A DNA stretch of 32,000 nt, from contig NC_002677.1 of the NCBI RefSeq assembly GCF_000195855.1, forward strand, positions 2,250,001 to 2,282,000, read 5' to 3'. This stretch comes from Mycobacterium leprae TN. GTDB taxonomy: Bacteria > Actinomycetota > Actinomycetes > Mycobacteriales > Mycobacteriaceae. Positions 27,260 through 32,000 of the stretch are shown piece by piece (the first letter of the stretch is position 1; each line of letters starts with the position of its first letter). Both the position numbers and the translations under genes were made by a program. The notes below the pieces were generated by a model. That model saw nothing but the letters and a program-made list of their open reading frames with translations. It ran no database searches and was not told the origin of the DNA.

Positions 27260-28303
27260 TTAGTCGCCGAATTCGTGCGCTTGGTAATTGTGGGCGCCCT
27301 CGAGATCATCGAGGATCGCCGCCTGGGCACCCTTGGGCAGTGTAGGCAACATCGCCCGCACCCGGGCCTGGCGGCGTGCGACCGCTTTGCGCTTCGGCAT
27401 CCCCGGTGTCACGGTGATCTGCGGCGGCACACCCTCGACTTCCTCGGCGCCACCCGCGTAGTGACCTGCTTCGAGCAAAGCTGCCTCTTCAGCCATGGTG
27501 GACTCGTCCTTCTCCTCGGACATCCCAATCGGGCCGATACGACGGCCGTTGAGGAATTGCCGTACAACCGGCTCGTCGCTGGTTAGCAGCACCTCACGGG
27601 GTCCGAACATTACCAGATGCTTGCGGAACAACATGCCCATGTTGTCGGGCACAGTGCGGGCGATGTTGACGTTGTGCGTCACGATTAGGATGGTCGCATC
27701 AATCTGGGCATTGATGTCCATGATCAGCTGACTCAGGTAAGCGGTACGGACCGGGTCCAGACCCGAGTCGGGCTCGTCGCACAGAATGATCTGCGGGTCA
27801 AGAACCAAGGCTCGCGCTAGACCGGCACGCTTGCGCATACCGCCGGAGATCTCGCCGGGGAACTTCTTCTCGTCCCCACCAAGGCCGACCAGCTGCAGCT
27901 TCTCCATGACGATGTCACGGATCTCGCTTTCCTTTTTCTTGGTGTGCTCACGCAATGGGAACGCAGTGTTGTCGTAGAGGTTCATCGAGCCGAACAGCGC
28001 GCCGTCCTGGAATAGCACGCCGAACAGTGTGCGGATCTCGTAGAGTTCCTTGGCTGAACATTCGATGATGTCCGTACCATCAATTAGGATCGAGCCACGT
28101 TCCGGCCGCAACAGACCGATGAGGGACTTCAAGAACACTGATTTGCCGGTACCCGACGGCCCGAGTAACACACTGACCTCTCCTGCGGGAATGTCAAGCG
28201 TGACGTCTTCCCAAATCCTCGAAGATCCAAAAGACTTGGTTAGTCCCTTAACTTCGATCGCAACGCCCATGGGCATCCTTCCGTCGCCACCAATCGCTGC
28301 CAC
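27260..28303 (-). CDS. mkl: Mce-transporter ATPase Mkl/MceG (ABC ATP-binding protein)
   Basis: An intact 347-aa ORF has Walker A GPSGTGKS, signature ISGGMRKR and Walker B ILCDEPDSGLD. It occupies the Rv0655 position. The true start may be M10 or M12 (MPMGVAIEVKGL) rather than 28303. Confidence 0.93.
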   Translation of the reverse strand: MAAIGGDGRMPMGVAIEVKGLTKSFGSSRIWEDVTLDIPAGEVSVLLGPSGTGKSVFLKSLIGLLRPERGSILIDGTDIIECSAKELYEIRTLFGVLFQDGALFGSMNLYDNTAFPLREHTKKKESEIRDIVMEKLQLVGLGGDEKKFPGEISGGMRKRAGLARALVLDPQIILCDEPDSGLDPVRTAYLSQLIMDINAQIDATILIVTHNVNIARTVPDNMGMLFRKHLVMFGPREVLLTSDEPVVRQFLNGRRIGPIGMSEEKDESTMAEEAALLEAGHYAGGAEEVEGVPPQITVTPGMPKRKAVARRQARVRAMLPTLPKGAQAAILDDLEGAHNYQAHEFGD

Positions 28304-28434
28304 CTGCCCTTATTGTGTGGTGTGAGTCACTGTAGCGCACTATTAAGACAGGACATCACTGTTGCACAGCGCCACGAAAAGCCGGTGCAGCCAAACCTAC
28401 CCGACAACGCGGGGAAGATCGCAGCAGCGCCGCG

Positions 28435-29770
28435 TCAGACACTTGGCGCCCAGTTGCCGTGACAGCCCATTGGTATTCGCTGGGGCAGATACACCGTGGC
28501 CACCGTCTCGATGGTCGATACATCTAGCCAACAGCAATTAGCCCTCGTTACGGCCACGGTGATACCCCAAGCCCATCAGGACACTGTCGTCTTCGGCGAC
28601 AGCACCCGAATTGATCAAAAAGGACATCTTGCCGAAGAGCAAGTTGGGGGTCGAGCACGCGACGTCGCTGGATCCGCTCGCGTAGTCATGCTTACAGAAG
28701 GACGTCGACATATTGTCTTCCGTGACAAACCCGCCGTCGACGTCGACGATGTAGCCCACATCGGTGCCGATAGCCCGTGCAGTTCTAGTTGATCAGGTGA
28801 AACTCCTGCGACGATCGTCGCGGTATTCGGTGCCGACCTCACCGGTTGTCAGATTGATCCTCCAACGGTCCAGGATGGGCGAGCTCGCTCCGATCGCGGT
28901 CAAACATCCGTTGAGTGGTGCACCATGTCAAGCACCAGCACCTCCACTCCTATCCGGATTTTAGAGTAGGGGTTGAGCAGATAATATACCGTTGAACAGA
29001 TAACATTAGGTAGCAGTGATCGATATTGAGCCACTGGACTGGGGGCTTTACCGGCGGTATTATGTCGCCCTCCACGGGACATAATACCGATGTGCGACGG
29101 ATAGTTCGGGGTACCACATGTATGACCGGCCGACTGCGCGACGCGGTTGGCTCAAGCCGCAACCGGACTGAGGGGGGCGGACTCTTCTCCTATTCACCCC
29201 TGTGGCAGCCTTAGCACCTAAGCAGGCAATTGCAACCAGCTCAGCACAGCCGTACACAGCACCAGCAGTAAGGGGTCGAACATCGCTGGCAGATCATAAA
29301 TTATATAAATTATTGAGTATAATTGCTTGGTCAGCGCAAAGTCATACATCATCGGCTACCCCGACACATTGATGTCAACCGGATGGCGATCGCGACCCTG
29401 GATGTCAATGACCGAGTACTGCAGGGTCCGCTCGCGGGTCAAGCCGGCCGGGCAGCAGCTCACCGGGGGAGGCACAGATAGTCGGGCTGCAGGACCCAGC
29501 GGTAGGCAGTATCAGCAGGCTTTCCTGTCGCACAAAGCTACTCCATACACTATGCCGTCGCGGGGATAGACCAGTGATACGAAGCCGGATCGACCTCGGT
29601 AGGCGATTGGGCCCGTTGCATTAGGTATCGCCTGTCCAGATGCTCTGGAATGCACCCGATCACCGCCAGATCGGTATCAGTCACTTCAGCAGAAACCTGC
29701 TCCAGGAAGTCTTAGGAAGTCTTCGAGATACGGTAATTCTCGGATTCGGCGATTTGCTCGTAAATAACGA
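28435..29770 (-). pseudogene. Carotenoid-cleavage-type dioxygenase (Rv0654 position), decayed
   Basis: An N-terminal 'ELPYLEDFL[10-bp dup]EQVSAEVTDTDLAVIGCIPEHLDRRYL' lies near 29600-29740. ORF 28900-29082 reads 'VICSTVYYLLNPYSKIRIGVEVLVLDMV'. ORF 28538-28759 reads 'GYIVDVDGGF...PNLLFGKMSFLINSGAVAEDDSVLMGLGYHRGRNEG'. The C-terminus 'ATVYLPQRIPMGCHGNWAPSV*' has its stop at 28435-28437. There are several frame breaks. Confidence 0.8.
29704..29723. repeat. Perfect 10-bp tandem duplication (aggaagtctt x2)
   Basis: Read directly: 29704-29713 equals 29714-29723. It lies inside the oxygenase pseudogene N-terminus. Removing one copy restores 'PYLEDFLEQVSAEVTDTDL'. Confidence 0.95.
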
Positions 29771-29778
29771 CTAAAAAA

Positions 29779-29820
29779 TTCTGTAACGCCATTACTTCAA
29801 TGTTACAGAAATGTTACAGA
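29779..29820. promoter_or_regulatory. Operator-like inverted and direct repeat in the divergent spacer between the oxygenase and TetR pseudogenes
   Basis: ttctgtaac (29779-29787) and gttacagaa (29802-29810) form a perfect 9-bp inverted repeat 14 nt apart. tgttacaga is also directly repeated at 29801-29809 and 29812-29820. The element lies about 40 nt upstream of the TetR-like start at 29861. Confidence 0.4.
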
Positions 29821-29860
29821 CATCATAAATTCTACCAGATAACAAAGTGTAGCCTCGGAA

Positions 29861-30420
29861 ATGACTGCAGAGCCCGAAAGCAGTACTCGTGATGAGATGC
29901 CACATACCGTGGTCGGGCTGCTCAACCACCACGAGCCCGATGCTCTGCAAATCCGCAAGATAGCCGGCGCAGCCAGCACCTGGGCGATAGCAGTATACAA
30001 CCATTTTGGCGGCATACGTACGCCGATCGCCGAGGGGGCTTGCAGCAGTTCGGCACCGTGTTAACGGTATCACAAATCGCTGACCTGGCGGCCATCAGCT
30101 CTGTTTACCGCCGCTATCTCACCGAGCGTCCACTGATATTTTCAGAGTATCTCCTGATGTTCAGCAGCTGACGACGAAATAATGGTAGCCGTAACCCGCC
30201 CAATTCTAGAGCACTGATACACAGGTTTTTATGATGCTGGATCTGGCCGGGTACTACGGCAACGACAGCGCTGCCGTCGATCCGGTACGTGGCTCAATGA
30301 GCTCGAATCTGCTTGCCGCTTTAGGCGATTCACCCAGGCGCGCGTGCATCAATCGCAACGCCCGGCGGCCAGCGTGAACTGAAAACACGAAACCCCAGGC
30401 CCTGCGCGGATTCCAGGGTG
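29861..30420 (+). pseudogene. TetR-family regulator (Rv0653c position), decayed
   Basis: ORF 29861-30064 reads 'TRDEMPHTVVGLLNHHEPDALQIRKIAGAASTWAIAVYNHFGG', a TetR N-terminal HTH. It stops after 67 codons and no continuous frame follows. The 3' border is approximate. Confidence 0.55.
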
Positions 30421-30422
30421 TT
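30381..30422 (-). terminator. Probable terminator downstream of rplL
   Basis: The minus-strand RNA reads AACACCCUGG-AAUCCGCGCAGGGC-CUGGGGUU followed by UCGUGUUUUC. The stem is about 7 bp with two G-U pairs. It begins about 12 nt after the rplL stop. Confidence 0.45.
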
Positions 30423-30434
30423 CGCGAATTGACC

Positions 30435-30827
30435 TTACTTGACACTGACAGTGGCGCCGGTGGCCTCGAGTTTGGCCTTGGCGTCGTCGGCGGCCTCCTT
30501 GGCGACCTTCTCCAGCAGCAGCTTGGGCACGCCGTCGACCAGGTCCTTGGCCTCCTTGAGGCCAAGGCCAGAGACGATCTCGCGAACAACCTTTATGACG
30601 CCGATCTTCTTGTCGCCGGCGCTTTCGAGAATGACGTCGAACTCGGACTGTTCCTCGGCAGCTTCGCCGGCCTCGCCGGCCGCGGGTGCACCAGCAACGG
30701 CAACAGAGACCGGAGCGGCCGCGGTGACCTCGAAGGTCTCCTCGAACTTTTTGACGAAGTCCGAAAGTTCCAACAAGGTCATTTCCTTGAACACGTCCAG
30801 CAGTTCGTCACTAGAGAGCTTTGACAT
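30435..30827 (-). CDS. rplL: 50S ribosomal protein L7/L12
   Basis: An intact 130-aa ORF begins [34 protein letters not shown] and ends [44 protein letters not shown]. Confidence 0.98.
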   Translation of the reverse strand: MSKLSSDELLDVFKEMTLLELSDFVKKFEETFEVTAAAPVSVAVAGAPAAGEAGEAAEEQSEFDVILESAGDKKIGVIKVVREIVSGLGLKEAKDLVDGVPKLLLEKVAKEAADDAKAKLEATGATVSVK

Positions 30828-30862
30828 GGGGGTGGGGTCCTTCCTTGATTTCTGGTGCTTGG

Positions 30863-31396
30863 CTATTCGGCTGAGGCCGGTTCGAAAGCTTTCTTTTCCT
30901 GCAATGCGGCGGTGAGCCTTGCCATCTGCGAGGTCGGCGCATTGAATAGTCCGATCGCCTTGGCGAAGGTGCCCTTCATGGCGCCGGCCAGTTTGGCTAG
31001 CAACACCTCACGGGACTCCAGGTCGGCGATGCGCTCGACTTCGGCGACAGTCATCGGATGGCCATCCATGTAGCCTCCCTTAATCACCAGCGCCTTGTGT
31101 TCCTTGGCGAACGTCTTGATGGCCTTGGCGGCATCGACCGGCTCACCGGTGACGAACGCGATCGCCGTCGGGCCGGCGAATAACTCGTCGAGCCCCTCGA
31201 TGCCGACTTCGGAGGCCGCCCGCTTAATGAGCGTGTTCTTGGCCACCGCATAGCTGGCCGAACCCGTGAGCGACCGGCGCAGCTCGGCCAAGTTAGCCAC
31301 CGTCAAGCCGCGATATTCGGTAATCAACGCTGCCGTCGCAGCCTTAAACTGCTCGGCGATGTTTGCAACGGCGGTGGCCTTGTCAGCCCTAGCCAT
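30863..31396 (-). CDS. rplJ: 50S ribosomal protein L10
   Basis: The tracked ORF starts at 31441, but the conserved L10 start [18 protein letters not shown] is residue 16, placing the ATG at 31396. AGGAGG lies 5 nt upstream. The protein is 177 aa. Confidence 0.96.
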   Translation of the reverse strand: MARADKATAVANIAEQFKAATAALITEYRGLTVANLAELRRSLTGSASYAVAKNTLIKRAASEVGIEGLDELFAGPTAIAFVTGEPVDAAKAIKTFAKEHKALVIKGGYMDGHPMTVAEVERIADLESREVLLAKLAGAMKGTFAKAIGLFNAPTSQMARLTAALQEKKAFEPASAE

Positions 31397-31677
31397 GCAT
31401 ACCTCCTGAGGTGAAAGTCGGGTTGCGACTGGAGTCTGCAACCTACCGGGGAGAATGACGAACGCCCCGGAGCAGGAAGCGGCCGGGGCGTTAAAATACG
31501 CCGGCGCACGCCGGCGGGGGTGCCTCGTCCTCCTGCGTGGGCCGCCCGGGATGTTACCGAGCCTTCAACCGACTCTTTCGGTCACTGACGGTCTTAGGTG
31601 GATCAACTATCACAATAGTGCGATGCCCCGGCATCAACCAAAACATTAACGCGGTAGTCCTGCCATCACGGTCCGCA
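31397..31677 (-). promoter_or_regulatory. Structured 5' leader of rplJ-rplL; candidate L10 autoregulatory leader
   Basis: Several strong hairpins were read directly. aacgccccgg (31461-31470) pairs with ccggggcgtt (31483-31492) in a 10-bp stem. ggttgc/gcaacc forms a stem at 31421-31443. gatgc/gcatc and accga/tcggt form stems further upstream. The functional assignment rests on analogy only. Confidence 0.35.
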
Positions 31678-32000
31678 CTACAGCCCCTCGAGCCTGGCGG
31701 CACCAACCAGACCGACCTTGCCACCGAGCTCAGCCAACATCACATGCAGGTCAGCCCAAAATCCAGCCCTGCGTAGTTGGCCAACACCGCGTACAGCTAG
31801 CCGAAAAGCAACCGACCAAATTTAGGGACGCCATCGCCGACCACGACGAAGTCTAGATCCCACACCACCACAACCGAGGCGATCGTCCTCGCAAGCGCGG
31901 CGGTACCTAGGTGAAATGCCCACCCCGCTGCATCGGCCACTTCCCTGACGCCGGTGACCCAACGAACAGTTCCGATAACTTCGCCGAAACAACCTGGATA
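31678..32000 (-). pseudogene. ROK-family sugar kinase (Rv0650 position), decayed; the 5' part runs off the right edge
   Basis: Minus-strand frames read 'IASVVVVWDLDFVVVGDGVPKFGRLLFG*LYAVLANYAGLDFGLTCM*' and 'HVMLAELGGKVGLVGAARLEGL*', with the stop at 31680-31678. This resembles the ROK C-terminus (..DLDLVViGGGVa.sG.LLf.PL...La.YAGL.F.....v.pAeLGgeAGLvGAA.La). It has an in-frame stop and a frameshift. Confidence 0.6.
31690..31793. repeat. Copy B of the 104-bp dispersed direct repeat (95/104 identical to 12365-12468)
   Basis: Manual alignment shows the same orientation as copy A. Weaker similarity continues to about 31900, with an insertion of about 35 bp relative to copy A. Confidence 0.9.

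Noticed and set aside
31397-31441. N-terminal extension of the rplJ ORF ([15 protein letters not shown]...).
   Set aside because: The conserved L10 start [10 protein letters not shown] is preceded by AGGAGG at an ideal spacing. The extension overlaps that Shine-Dalgarno sequence.

Overview
The window is a high-GC mycobacterial chromosome segment. It is collinear, in reverse orientation, with the M. tuberculosis Rv0650-Rv0693 interval: rplJ-rplL, mkl, rpoB-rpoC, end, rpsL-rpsG-fusA-tuf, then the mycofactocin locus. Gene order is quoted from memory. Only 10 genes are intact: tuf, fusA, rpsG, rpsL, nfo/end, rpoC, rpoB, mkl, rplL and rplJ. Together they cover 14,361 bp, about 45% of the window, and all lie on the minus strand. 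Almost everything between them is recognisable but broken by in-frame stops, frameshifts and truncations, giving at least 20 pseudogene remnants. This decay, plus a 1178-aa RpoB starting [14 protein letters not shown], points to Mycobacterium leprae or a very close relative. I found no CRISPR array, IS/transposase, tRNA/rRNA or intact defence or accessory system, so the interest here is in the fossils. (1) A dead mycofactocin RiPP locus still has a legible 29-codon precursor gene carrying a 1-bp deletion, and its C-terminal GVY has become DIC. (2) A relic Phd/YefM-Doc toxin-antitoxin pair sits between the echA4-like and echA5-like pseudogenes. (3) A 104-bp direct repeat, 91% identical, is formed by the 3' ends of two ROK-kinase-like pseudogenes and brackets the rpsL...rplJ block. 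(4) A non-syntenic, decayed methyltransferase plus GT1-like cassette lies upstream of rpsL. (5) Three perfect short tandem duplications (13, 13 and 10 bp) act as frameshifting lesions. (6) Three junctions are collapsed where M. tuberculosis carries mmpL5-mmpS5-Rv0678, a vapBC/mazEF island and Rv0669c. Pseudogene borders are approximate, read by eye from the six-frame track and manual reverse-complement translation. No database search was run.
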